This document shows positions 12,686 through 25,822 of a stretch of 64,000 bases of DNA, one piece after another. This DNA is from Macrostomum lignano. Lineage: Eukaryota. The notes beneath the pieces are model-generated. The model did no database searches. It saw nothing but the letters and a program-made list of their open reading frames with translations, and was not told the DNA's origin. Position 1 is the first letter of the stretch; each line of letters begins with the position of its first letter. Made by a program: the position numbers and the translations under genes. The DNA lies in contig NIVC01003422.1 in NCBI GenBank assembly GCA_002269645.1, positions 34,512 through 98,511 of the forward strand. The letters are read 5' to 3'.

Positions 12686-13244
12686 CAAAGGCATAACCGA
12701 TGGCCAAGGTTATGTCGACAATAAAACTTCAATTCAATAGTAAATAAAATGAAAAGGTAAGAACTTAGAACACCCCAGCCAGCCGTTAGAATTTCAGATA
12801 TTTTTCTACCAAACGGCAGCACACAAAACTGTAAATATAGTGCCAAGAGCATTAAGAGAGAGCCAGAACGGGCACCGTCAAAGCCAAGACCGAGGGCCCA
12901 CCAGGCTCCGGGGTAACTTGTCCATGGATCGATCATTGTAGTTTATTTGAATTTCATATAGTTTCACCGAAAGTCGCGCACAAAATGGATCGAGAGTGAA
13001 TAGCTAGTTAATAGGCAATAAATTAATAAAACAGGCCGACGGGCGGATAAAAAACACACAGACAGACAAAGCATAGCCTGCCTGCACAATCAGAAAGTAC
13101 AATTGAATAAATATGAACTATAGCTTGATTTTACTGGCGGCTTATAAAAATTGTAAAAAAGATCTTTAACAAAACCTACAGGACACAACACACGCAACGA
13201 TTGTGAGAGTCCTATTACATGATGGACACAACCCTGCACCCCCA

Positions 13245-13560
13245 CTACAACATGATTGGCTGTTGCTCATCAACCTCAAACCCCACACTGCCACCTGATT
13301 GGCTGTTGCTCATCAACCTCAAACCCCACAACCCACACTGCCACCTGATTGGCTGTCGCTCAACAACCTGAAACCGCCACACCTCAAACTGCCACCTGAT
13401 TGGCTGTCGCTCAACAACCTCAAACCCCCACACCCCACACTGCCACCTGATTGGCTGTTGCTCATCAACCTCAAACCCCCACACCCCACACTGCCACCTG
13501 ATTGGCTGTCGCTCAACAACCTCAAAACCCCCACTGCCACCTGATTGGTCAACCTCAAAC
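13245..13560. repeat. About 46-51-bp tandem repeat containing CCACCTGATTGGCTG
   Basis: About 6 copies. Confidence 0.9.
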
Positions 13561-14371
13561 CCTCATATAAAGCGATTGCGCAATAACTGACCCTGGTTAA
13601 GCTACAAAAGAACAACAGTACATAAAACTTACTTTGTACAACACAAAGTGGCGGATTCAATCAATATAAATAAAGCAGTTTGTGCGCAAATGTGCAGCAT
13701 ATAAAAAAGAGTAAACAAACCGCCTGTGAGCAAAACAGCCAAAAATTCAAGATTAAAACAACTCTTTTTAAAAAACAACGCAAACACAACAGTTTAGGTA
13801 AAAACAAACAGTATCGTTTAATGAATTTATTATGTGCGTTTGCAACGCACAAAAAGCTGGGAAAAAACTATGGTTAAACATACACGATAAAATAGCCGCA
13901 CATGTCCGAACAATATAGACATATATGCGTAGAAACTACTACTTAGTAGCATATATAAAGTCAGCCAGTGTTAAAAGTACATTGAATACTTTCTTACCAC
14001 AATCAGCCGTTCATATATGGACCAAAAGTCTGCTTTTAACTACTCACAGTAGGGCTAAGAGTTGTAGACATTTTCGTATCAAAAATTAATTAACTCGAAT
14101 ATTATTGTTAAAGCTAACACTTTTACTGCGAATGTTGTCAAGTGAGCGAAAAATTAACAAGGTAAGAATTAAGCGCAATAAGAAAAACAGGACGAGTTAC
14201 CGATAAAAAATATCTGTAAAATAAAACAAACTGGGTTTTAACAGTTCAATTAATCGTCAACAAGAGCAATACAAAACTATTAGTGTAGAATTTGGAAATT
14301 AAAGCAAAAACACAATCTCAAAGCCGGACACAGCATTTTAAATCCGAAGGGCAGATCCGAAGGACAGGACA

Positions 14372-14938
14372 GCGGAGGTCAGGAGGGTGGGGTGGCAGTC
14401 CTGAAGGTCAGTAGGGTGGGGTAGCAGTCCTGAAGGTCAGGAGGGTGGGGGTAGCGGAGGTCAGGAGGGTGGGGCAGCAGCCCTGAAGGTCAGGAGGGTG
14501 GGGGCAGCAGTCCTGAAGGTCAGGAGGGTGGGGCAGAAGCCCTGAAGATCAGGAGGGTGGGGGCAGCAGCCCAGGTCAGGAGTGTGGGGCAGCAGCTTTG
14601 AAGGTCAGGAGGGTGGGGCAGCAGCCCTGAAGGTCAGGAGGGTGGGGGCAGCAGCCCAGGTCAGGAGTGTGGGGCAGCAGCTTTGAAGGTTAGGAGGGTG
14701 GGGCAGCAGCTTTGAAGGTCAGGAGGGTGGGGCAGCAGCCCAGAAGGTCAGGAGTGTGGGGTAGCAGTCCTGAAGGTCAGGAGGGTGGGGGCAGCAGTCC
14801 TGAAAGTCAGGAGGGTGGGGCAGCAGCTTTGAAGGTCAGGAGGGTGGGGCAGCAGCCCAGAAGGTCAGGAGTGTGGGGTAGCAGTCCTGAAGGTCAGTAG
14901 GGTGGGGGCAGCAGTCCTGAAAGTCAGGAGGGTGGGGC
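14372..14938. repeat. About 27-bp G-rich minisatellite (TGAAGGTCAGGAGGGTGGGGCAGCAGCC-like)
   Basis: Direct reading. Confidence 0.9.
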
Positions 14939-15590
14939 TTGAAAAACTCGGTAAATTTTAGTTTCCCTACTTGATAAAATGGCCGAATGCCCTGGCGTAG
15001 CAAAAATGGCAAGTTTCCTCAAGTGGCTACTAACGCAAGTAGTATTAATATTAGCGTTTAAAGTTCAGCAAATTTCTTTGATTATAGAACAAACAATTAG
15101 TGAAAACATCAGAAGAGCAATTCACGAAAGCGAATATCCAGACCCTGCCAGTTAAACTTCTGGATAAAAAGTACATTTCATCAAGAAAATCAATAACATA
15201 TACTTCAATAAATTACTCAGAAATTTCAAATGAAAAATTCCAACTCACAAATATTTAAGTTGGGGAATTCTTTTAATCACTGGAAGCGATGGATTTTTTA
15301 AAATAAAAAACTAACCAGTTACTTACGTAGAAAGAAAATTTAATTTTTCAAAAGCGCAAGGAAAAAGACACGGGCCGATACAATAATTACAGTGGATGAT
15401 TATACAATTAATAGTACCTCACTGGATACCATTTACAAGTTACAGAAATAGCAATACTGTAACCAACCAGAGGGGCAGAGAGGGGCTTGTGGGAGGAGCG
15501 ACCGAATAATGTAAGGCCTGCAGTGAGCAGTGCAATCTCCATTACCGCGCAGTCTTTGTTATAAGCGGCCGGAATAGACAAAGCGCGCAA

Positions 15591-15911
15591 TCAAGAAGTT
15601 TTACCGGTGACCTTCCTGGCAGCCAGGATGTAGTCCTTGAGCTTGGTTAGGGGGCAGGCCTTCTTCAGGAACTGGTGGCTCAGCAGCTCCGTTGGGGTGG
15701 GGCGCTTGGCAATGTCAACGGACAGGCACTTGTCTAGGAAGTCTTTCATTTCTGCCGACATGTTGTCCGGGTCTTTGTAGTCCGGCTTGCCCTTGGTTTG
15801 AATCAGGTAGATCGCCTGGAATCAGGAGTGCGAAAATGCGAGCTTTCTTGCCTTCTGCGAGACGGACAGATAGACAGACACTAAGACAGACAGACGACCC
15901 TAGGACAGACG

Positions 15912-15961
<50 letters not shown>

Positions 15962-16016
15962 AAGACAGACAGACAGACAGACATGCAGACAGACAGACAG
16001 ACAGAGAGAGACAGAA

Positions 16017-16065
<49 letters not shown>

Positions 16066-16068
16066 CGC

Positions 16069-16125
<57 letters not shown>

Positions 16126-16128
16126 TGC

Positions 16129-16213
<85 letters not shown>

Positions 16214-16236
16214 CGCAGACAGACAGACAGACACGC

Positions 16237-16285
<49 letters not shown>

Positions 16286-16320
16286 TGCAGACAGACAGAC
16301 AGACAGACAGACAGACATGC

Positions 16321-16353
<33 letters not shown>

Positions 16354-16356
16354 CGC

Positions 16357-16401
<45 letters not shown>

Positions 16402-16404
16402 TGC

Positions 16405-16463
<59 letters not shown>

Positions 16464-19400
16464 AGCCAAACCTTGATAGGCTGCTCATTCATGTAGGGCG
16501 GCTCGCCGTCAACCATCTCGATGACCATGATACCGAGAGACCAGACGTCAATCTTGTTATTATAACTGACAGTCCTGTTGACAACTTCGGGTGCCATCCA
16601 GTAGGGCGTGCCAACCATGGTCTGCCTGGTGCTGCTGTGGTCGCCCAACTGGGCGCAGAAGCCGAAGTCGGTCAGTTTGACCTCGCCGTCCATCCCCAGT
16701 AGGACATTGTCGGACTTCACGTCGCGATGGATAACGTAGTGCTCGTGCAGAAACTCCAGCGCCTCCAGGCACTCGCGGGTGACGGCTGGCGGGATTTTAG
16801 CGGGCGCAAAGCGAGTTCAGCGGTTAAAACTAGTTGGATAAGAATTTATCCCAAGCTCGTTGAAGCTCAAATCATTTTGATGGTATGAAAATTTCGAGTT
16901 TGTGAAGACTCAAGATTGTGAAGCTTTGAGATTATGAAGCTTTGAGCTTGTGAAGCTTTGAGCTTGTGAAGACTTGAGCTTGTGAAAACTCGAGCTTGTG
17001 AAGACTCGAGCTTGTGAAAACTCGAGCTTGTGAAGACTCAAGCTTGTGAAGACTCGAGCTTGTGAAGACTCGAGATTGTGAAGCTTTGAGCTTTGAAGAT
17101 TTTCATTCTTCTCTAGTGTGAGGATCAAGGGAGGTCAAAGGTCAATAGGAGGTTAAAGCTCAGGAGGTCAAAGGTCAAGGGAGGTTAAAGGTTAAGGGAG
17201 GTCAAAGGTCAAGAGGAGGTTAAAGGTCAAGGGAGGTCAAAGGTCAGGAGAGTCCCAATCTCCTCGAGCTGGTTCTCTGACTGGTAGCCCAACCAGGAGA
17301 ACGAATTTGCTTATTTAAGTTAGGCAGACGCGTAAAATGGCTTTTATGTCTCACCGGCAATAATCGGCTCCTGCATCATGGTCTCCGTGGCAACGTCAGT
17401 CAGACTGCCGCCGTCAAGATACTCCATGACTACTAGAAGTTCGGCGCTCTCGCTACGCTGATTAACGCAATAGGACTGGATGTAGTTGACAATATTCTTG
17501 TGCTGCAGCTTCTTCATGACGGCAATCTCAGTGAGTATCATGTCCCGTTTTGGCTGCTTAGCCAGCTGCATGAATTTTATTGCCACCAGTTTGCGCGTTT
17601 TGCGGTCTCTGGCCAGCTTCACTGTGCCCGATGCCCTGTTTGGTTGGCGCGGAGGGAGCGGCGTTGGATAATAATATTGCCATTGTTTTTAGGAAACCCG
17701 ATGCCACAGCTCCAATATAAATATACCTGAATGAATCACTATCTACGAAGCTGAATAAACTCTTATCTGGCCTGATTCCTGAATAAACCCCAACCCCAAG
17801 CCTAAATGAATGAACCCCAATCCTAAGCCTGAATGAAGCCCAATCCCAAGCCTGAATTAATGAGCCCCAATTCCAAGCCTGAATGAATGAACACCAATCC
17901 CTAAAACCTGAATTAATGAACCCCAACCTCAAGCCTGAATGAATGAACCCCAATCCCAAGCCTGAAGGAATGAACCCCAACCCCAAGCCTGAAGGAATGA
18001 ACCCCAACCCCAAGCCTGAATGAACCCCAATCCCAAGCCTGAATGAACCCCAATCCCAAGCCTGAATGAATGAACCCCAACCCCAAGCCTGAATGAACCC
18101 CAATCCCAAGCCTGAATGAACCCCAATCCCAAGCCTGAAGGAATGAACCCCAACCCCAAGCCTGAATGAACCCCAATCCCAAGCCTGAATGAACCCCAAT
18201 CCCAAGCCTGAATGAACCCCAATCCCAAGCCTGAAGGAATGAACCCCAATCCCAAGCCTAAATGAATGAACCCCAATCCTAAGCCTGAATGAAGCCCAAT
18301 CCCAAGCCTGAATTAATGAGCCCCAATTCCAAGCCTGAATGAATGAACACCAATCCCTAAAACCTGAATTAATGAACCCCAACCTCAAGCCTGAATGAAT
18401 GAACCCCAATCCCAAGCCTGAAGGAATGAACCCCAATCCCAAGCCTGAAGGAATGAACCCCAACCCCAAGCCTGAATGAACCCCAATCCCAAGCCTGAAT
18501 GAACCCCAATCCCAAGCCTGAAGGAATGAACCCCAACCCCAAGCCTGAATGAACCCCAATCCCAAGCCTGAATGAACCCCAATCCCAAGCCTAAATGAAT
18601 GAACCCCAATCCTAAGCCTGAATGAAGCCCAATCCCAAGCCTGAATTAATGAGCCCCAATTCCAAGCCTGAATGAATGAACACCAATCCCTAAAACCTGA
18701 ATTAATGAACCCCAACCTCAAGCCTGAATGAATGAACCCCAATCCCAAGCCTGAAGGAATGAACCCCAATCCCAAGCCTGAAGGAATGAACCCCAACCCC
18801 AAGCCTGAATGAACCCCAATCCCAAGCCTGAATGAACCCCAATCCCAAGCCTGAAGGAATGAACCCCAACCCCAAGCCTGAATGAACCCCAATCCCAAGC
18901 CTGAATGAACCCCAATCCCAAGCCTGAATGAACCCCAATCCCAAGCCTGAATGAACCCCAATCCCAAGCCTGAATGAACCCCAATCCCAAGCCTGAAGGA
19001 ATGAACCCCAACCCCAAGCCTGAATGAACCCCAATCCCAAGCCTGAATGAACCCCAATCCCAAGCCTGAATGAACCCCAATCCCAAGCCTGAAGGAATGA
19101 ACCCCAATCCCAAGCCTGAATGAACCCCAATCCCAAGCCTGAATGAATGAACCCCAACCCCAAGCCTGAATGAACCCCAATCCCAAGGCTGAAGGAATGA
19201 ACCCCAATCCCAAGGCTGAAGGAATGAACCCCAACCCCAAGCCTGAAGGAATGAACCCCAATCCCAAGCCTGAAGGAATGAACCCCAATCCCAAGCCTGA
19301 AGGAATGAACCCCAACCCCAAGCCTGAAGGAATGAACCCCAATCCCAAGCCTGAATGAACCCCAACCCCAAGGCTGAAGGAATGAACCCCAACCCCAAGC

Positions 19401-22400
19401 CTGAAGGAATGAACCCCAATCCCAAGCCTGAATGAACCCCAATTCGAATACTTAGCAAGACACTCATACCGAAACGAAAAGCAACCATACTTAGATAGAC
19501 CTAATATATAAGTAAAGACAGCACAATAACTGATAGATGCCAGTGAAGCAGTGTGAAAAACAATTTCAACTAGGCGAAAAGCCGAAAGCATTCTGGAAAT
19601 GAAAGCCGGTTATACCCTTGTACAAAATGACACACAAATACATTGATAGATAGAAGTTATGCAGATACACAGCCGTATGCAATGCAGACGATTTGCAGGA
19701 AGGCAACTTAAGCCTGCCCAGTAAACACTAAAATCTGAAAAGATTCCTTATCACTGCCAAAATGCACAGTACAGTGGCAGAGAAGAGGAGAGAGCGACCA
19801 AAATCAAGTACATTCAATTTTTGGCCAGGTAGTTTAACTATCAATCCGATTGCACAGCTGCAAGCCATCCGCTGAAACATGATGAACAGTGTTCTGTTTA
19901 GCACCGAAATATTCACAAATATTTCAATCATCTTTCTGTGTTGCCTACTTACTGACGTTTTCAACGTTTTAAGAAAATTTAAACCCTTTCGACATCTGCT
20001 GGGTAAAGGGCGCTGGGTGCCTAAGATTTAATAGATTTGGTAGCTGGATTAGCGAATTTGGTAGCTGGATTAGCGGAGTTGGTAGCTGGATTAGCGGAGT
20101 TGGTAGCTGGATTAGCGGAGTTGGTAGCTGGATTAGCGGAGTTGGTAGCTGGATTAGCGGAGTTTGTAGCTGGATTAGCGGATTTGGTAGCTGGATTAGC
20201 GGAGTTTGTAGCTGGATTAGCGGAGTTGGTAGCTGGATTAGCGGAGTTGGTAGCTGGATTAGCGGAGTTGGTAGCTGGATTAGCGGATTTGGTAGCTGGA
20301 TTAGCGGAGTTTGTAGCTGGATTAGCGGAGTTGGTAGCTGGATTAGCGGATTTGGTAGCTGGATTAGCGGAGTTTGTAGCTGGATTAGCGGAGTTGGTAG
20401 CTGGATTAGCGGAGTTGGTAGCTGGATTAGCGGAGTTGGTAGCTGGATTAGCGGATTTGGTAGCTGGATTAGCGGATTTGGTAGCTGGATTAGCGGAGTT
20501 GGTAGCTGGATTAGCTGATTTGGTAGCTGGATTAGCGGATTTGGTAGCTGGATTAGCTGATTTGTGGATTGGCAGATTTATGGATTGGCAGATTTGTGGA
20601 TTGGCAGATTTGTGGATTGGCAGATTTGCGGATTGGCAGATTTGTGGATTGGCAGATTTAGTGACTGGATTAGCAGATTTGGTGACTGGATTAGCAGATT
20701 TGGTGGCTGGATTAGCAGATTTGGTAGCTGGGTTGGCAGATTTGGTGGCTGGATTGGCATATTTGGTGACTGGATTGGTAGATTTGGTGGATGGATTGGC
20801 AGATTTGGTAACTGGGTTGGCAGATTTGGTAGCTGGGTTGGCAGATTTGGTGACTCGATTGGCAGATTTGGTAGCTGGATTAGCAGATTTGGTAGCTGGG
20901 TTGGCAGATTTGGTGACTGGATTGGCAGATTTGGTGACTGGATTGGCAGATTTGGTAGCTGGATTAGCAGATTTGGTAGCTGGGTTGGCAGATTTGGTGA
21001 CTGGATTGGCAGATTTGGTGACTGGATTGGCAGATTTGGTAGCTGGATTAGCAGATTTGGTAGCTGGGTTGGCAGATTTGGTGACTGGATTAGCGGATAT
21101 GGTAGCTGGGTTGGCAGATTTGGTGACTGGATTGGCAGATTTGGTGACTGGATTGGCAGATTTGGTAGCTGGGTTGGCAGATTTGGTGACTGGATTGGCA
21201 GATTTGGTAGCTGGATTGGCAGATTTGGCATCTGTATATTTAGACTTTCACAACTGAAAGAGCTTGCAGCTTAAAGAGAAGTTATAAATTTTAGTAAACA
21301 CTTCAATAGGCCTTCCATTTCGCCAGAGCAAAAAGATAGATTAAATAAGGAATTATACAAGGCGCAATAGATCTAAAGCTAAGCTTTAGACTGGCTGCGC
21401 GCACCGTCAACACAGATAAGATGCATTAGCCAAGTCTGCCAACCTGCTAGCTGACAAATTTAGATTGAAAATCTATTCAAGTGATGGGCTTAGCCGAAGG
21501 AGAGGCGATATCTCGCATTGTACATAATAAAATCTACGAACTTGAAAATAGATAATTAAGTATTTTCAAGGCGCTGCCGTATTCACTTTCATATTGCATT
21601 GTACGCAGAGCAGAGATGGAAAGAGAAACAACAGATAGCGGCCATTGCTCACTGTACACTTCTATACAGTGAATGTGTTATTCATTCCGTTTAGCAGAAG
21701 CAGGCACACCACACAGCCTATTGTGCGTCACTTATGCATACACGAGCTTATGTTGCTAATTATAGAATGCACTTTGTGTTTTTTTTTATAAACGTCCTCG
21801 AACTCGAACTTGCGACCTCTTAGGATGAGAACATTAACCTCACACGCTCACTCAGGGTGTACACTCTTTGTGGTTTGGGATTTCAGGGAATCGAACCAGG
21901 GTTGATAATTGAATAGATGCAGCTGACTCACCCGGACCCCAGCTTCTTATTCTCCAGCGAGTAGCTGTCCTCGTAGGCGCCGAATGTCAGCAGAGACTTC
22001 AATTCGCCGTAGAACTCCTCGTCGGTCATCTTCTTTTTTCGATTACGCCGGGTGGCCACCGGTCCGGCAGCTCCACCACCGGCCCCGGCAGCGTTGCCAT
22101 GGTGATCAATGCCGGTCGCCGTCGCCGCAGGCGCGGCAGATTTGCCGGCGCCGTCGTGATTCGACGAAGGCGTTGTCGGCGTTTTATTGCCTGAGGTTGT
22201 TGACGAGGAATCGGAGGTTTTGGCGGCGGCGGCGGCGGCCGAGATGGCAGCGGCGGAGGCCGCCGCGGTGGCGGTCTCGTCAACCTGGCGAGTGGCAGGG
22301 GTCGGTGTGTGCGTTGTGACAGGCGCCGGTGAATCGCCCTGCCCGGTCTGCTGTTGCTGCTGCTGCTGCTTCTTGTCTGCAGCTGGCGGCGGCGGCGACT

Positions 22401-22764
22401 GCGGCGGGCTGGGTCCCCGCCCTGTGTCGTTCAGCGCCTCCCTGGAGCCGTTGTAGTCGGTGGCCAAGCCGCTATCGTCGCTGCCAACGTTCATGTACTT
22501 GACGTCGCCTTTAGCCATTTTATTAACATTATCGTTGAACAAGTTGAACGCGTTCACAATCTGCTGCGGATTCTCGCGTCTGGCGTCTGCATCGAATTCA
22601 TTCTCTAGCCAGCGCTGCCACATCTCCGGGATGCCACGGAACTCCCCAGTGCTGGGATCAATCTCTATGTGAATGTTCTTTTTGACGTCTGTGGGCAGGC
22701 CGATCTCCATCTGGGAGGCGTCCCTGGCGCTATCCTTCTTTTTGCGGGGACCGAAAATCGGCAT
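15591..22764 (-). CDS. pak: p21-activated kinase (group I PAK-like Ser/Thr kinase), about 550 aa
   Basis: Exons 22764-21932, 17635-17355, 16785-16472, 15815-15591; phases consistent (1653 nt). CRIB/autoinhibitory-like [14 protein letters not shown]...[11 protein letters not shown]; kinase motifs [41 protein letters not shown] potential donor at 15604 means the last few residues could differ. Confidence 0.93.
15863..16462. repeat. (AGAC)n microsatellite filling the last PAK intron
   Basis: Direct reading. Confidence 0.97.
16905..17250. repeat. 16-bp (GAGCTTGTGAAGACTC) array followed by a GGGAGGTCAAAGGTCAA array
   Basis: Two adjacent short arrays in a PAK intron. Confidence 0.85.
17786..19441. 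repeat. 23/27-bp minisatellite (CCCAAGCCTGAA[GGAA]TGAACCCCAAT)n with higher-order blocks
   Basis: A variant-containing block recurs near 17800, 18260 and 18590. Confidence 0.95.
20035..21228. repeat. 21-bp minisatellite (TTGGTAGCTGGATTAGCGGAG / TTGGTGACTGGATTGGCAGAT)n
   Basis: Direct reading; two variant domains. Confidence 0.95.
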
Positions 22765-24428
22765 CGCGATGCTGGCATGCAAAGAGAATGCGCATCAATA
22801 GTTCGATTTTTAGCGATTTCCTTCTGATAGCTCTTTTGAACACATTAGATAGTGGGTTATTGCAGGTAAGAAGGTAATAATTGCAAAAATTAATTGATTA
22901 GAATATTTTAGCCGCATCTGTTATGACTTGGAGAAAACAGCTTTTGGAAAGCACTCACTTAGTATTGTAATGCAGGACATGCCAAATAAGTAGTCTAATA
23001 ATTACACTTTTACAAAAATGCTATAATAATGGCTTAGTGCCAGATTGCATTGCCAACTCACAAAATTGGATGGGTCTATATAATAAATACCAAAAAGTAC
23101 TAAAATACTCTATTAATGTTATTAAAATGTGAATAGTGCAAATATATTTTCAGTTTTTATATTTTTATCAAGCTATACCTGATTCTGAATAGATTATATC
23201 ATTAATGATTGGCTACTATTAGGTTGTAAGACTTTCTATTAAAATAAAATTTAAATGGCATATAAATTTATGCATCTATTTGTTGCAACTTTCTTAATCA
23301 TTTCTTATTTCACCTTCACTTGTCTATGCTTATTCTGCTCTCTCTCTCTCTTTTTTAGTTCAATTTTGTTCTTCTTATCCCTCTCTGTTGCTACCTTCTG
23401 ATTGGCTCTCCATTTTTGCCTCTCCTCATTTGCACACTAAACCTATTCTCATCTTATCTAATTGCATTGAAACCCCAAAAATAGCCTTAAATAGCCTGAA
23501 ACTATCCTACCTATCTGACTCCTGATAATTTAGTCTGGTCTATTTTAACATTACAAGCAAATGAAATACTGTAAGTAAAATAGTTCACTCATTTCTCTAT
23601 ACTCAAGATAATAGTTTATAATAGAATATGAGCAATAGTATATATAGATTTGCTTACTTCTTATAGCTGCTTCTAAAATGTTTGTGGTGTTTATATATAA
23701 ATTTCTTTCTATTAAATTTACCCTTAACTTTTGAATTTTTTCAATGAAAAACTTAATACTATAAACCATATTATAGTGTTACTATGTATATATTATCATA
23801 ACCTATTGGAATAAGTTTGAAAAAACTCATGGATGCAAAATATAGACTAAAAGTATAACAAAATAGAGAAGCATAAAATAATGCATTATAGCCTGTATAT
23901 TTTTAGATTTTTCTATATTGCATTAAACCTAAAGCAAAGTTGAGACAGGGTATAAGTTGCACTGCCAATAATGGCATTTGGAATATTTTTGCTATATAAC
24001 TAAAGCCATAATATTACTATTGATATCTTTTTAACAAAAATATTATTGGACAAAATCTTATATAAAAATGCCTTTAAAGCAAATTGATTCATAGATAAAG
24101 TCATTTAGTTAAACTTTTAGTAGGGAGTCAAGGACCAATAAGAGTTTTATAACTTGCTAATACATATAAAAAAGGCAAATTTAATTTAAATAAAAAGCAG
24201 TTTTTTGCAAATGCAATGTAATTATATAAAATAAAAAGCAAATATAAACTACACTGTTTTTTACTTTTTGACTTGAAAAATTAGTCAGTTCTACTACAAA
24301 AAGTCAAGTTCTGCTAAAGGGACTAAAGATAAAATGAATGTTTTCACTTTGAAGGGGAGCTCTCAAGTCTCTGCATCAATTTGGGGACTTAGCAATAAAG
24401 ATTTTCAATGCTATCCACATGTACACTA

Positions 24429-24613
24429 CAGAGGCATAGCCAGGAATTTCTTATGGGGGGATATACCAAGGTGAATTTTCTATGGGGGATATACCAAGGT
24501 CAAAGTGCTATGACAAAGTCAAATGGTAACATGTATAGCAACAAAAGGCAACAAAAAAGTTTTGGTCAGGCTCTTTGGGGAGGGGGATTATCCTTCCCCT
24601 CCCTACGCCTTTG
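24429..24613. mobile_element. Degenerate hAT-like MITE (185 bp)
   Basis: Imperfect TIRs CAGAGGCATAGC / CCTACGCCTTTG; 8-bp flanks GTACACTA / GTACATTA (7/8 TSD match). Confidence 0.6.
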
Positions 24614-25316
24614 GTACATTATAGTTTGGTAATAAAGGGCTAATGTTAAAATGAATTTTTCATTTTCAATATAGAGAAGCTTTTAATTCCCTATGGTCAA
24701 GGACTTAAACAATAGTTACAAAAGTTTATAACAGCTATAAAAAGTTTATTAGCTATAAATAGGCCTATGGATATAGATACAAATAGGCTATAAGAAAATT
24801 TTTGTAATGTAGCTACAAATAATAGATATGGGAAAAATTTGGTTATGGCAGAACTCTAACAAAAAGTCATTATAAAATGCAAAGCCAATAAAATAAACTT
24901 TTTTAATTCTTAATTTTCTAGATATTAGACCTAGTAATAATATATTAGTAAAGTTAGATTATATAATATTAATAAGATTTGGAAAGTTATCTTTTAGTTT
25001 TTTATTCTATTTGATAAATCTAATTTATCCAAGAAAAAAATCTTAGTAGGTCTATTTTAAAAAACTGATCAAACAAAAAGAAGTTATAAAACTATTTATA
25101 GGCCTATCTTAAATCTTCAATATTTTTATAGTGGGTTAGGGCTTGTGCATAATAAATTTTGATTTATTATAATATTATTATTAGGCACTGTGATATTTTT
25201 TGCCAAAAAAACTTTAATTGTGACTAGAATATTAATAAGATAATTTTTTATTTAACCTATTTATAGGCCTACTCCTTAAAGGCCCTTAATATAGTATTTA
25301 TCTAACTATGCTTTTT

Positions 25317-25822
25317 TGACCATAGTCAGGAAGGTGGCACAGTGTGCACCAGAATAATTTTTTGGGACGATTTGTGCTCCATCTATGCACCATCTATGCG
25401 CCATTTGTGCACTGTCTGTGCGCCACTCTTCACGAGTAGAGTTTTCTAAGAAAGGCCTTTGTACGAAAAGCCTTTTTAAAATGTTATGCATTTTAAACAA
25501 ACTTAAATTATACCTACAAACAGAGTAATGCCAAATTGATGTTTTTAGTGATAATTTATACTCATTTTATTTATTGTTAATTTTAAAGAAGCAAAAAGTT
25601 TATTACTGACTTTCTAGACTATACAAATCTCCTTTATTTTTACATAAAATTGTTAATTTGCATTACAATTTTCATGCATGTCAGGGACCTTATGCGCCGT
25701 AATTATGCGCCGCATGCGCTAGGGACCTCAGTGTGCGCCACGCTTGTGCGCCAATGTGCGCCGAGACCCTTTGTGTGCGTAGGAATTTTCCCCCTCAGAG
25801 GCCACCTTCCTGACTATGGTCA
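25317..25822. mobile_element. MITE-like element (506 bp) with perfect 22-bp TIRs
   Basis: TGACCATAGTCAGGAAGGTGGC at 25317-25338 and its exact reverse complement at 25801-25822; several subterminal (A/G)TGCGCC motifs near both ends; no clear TSD. Confidence 0.65.

Noticed and set aside
17558-21274. 677-aa and 406-aa ORFs
   Set aside because: Derived from minisatellites inside a PAK intron.
21887-21897. tRNA gene suggested by a B-box
   Set aside because: No cloverleaf or acceptor stem; at most a SINE remnant.
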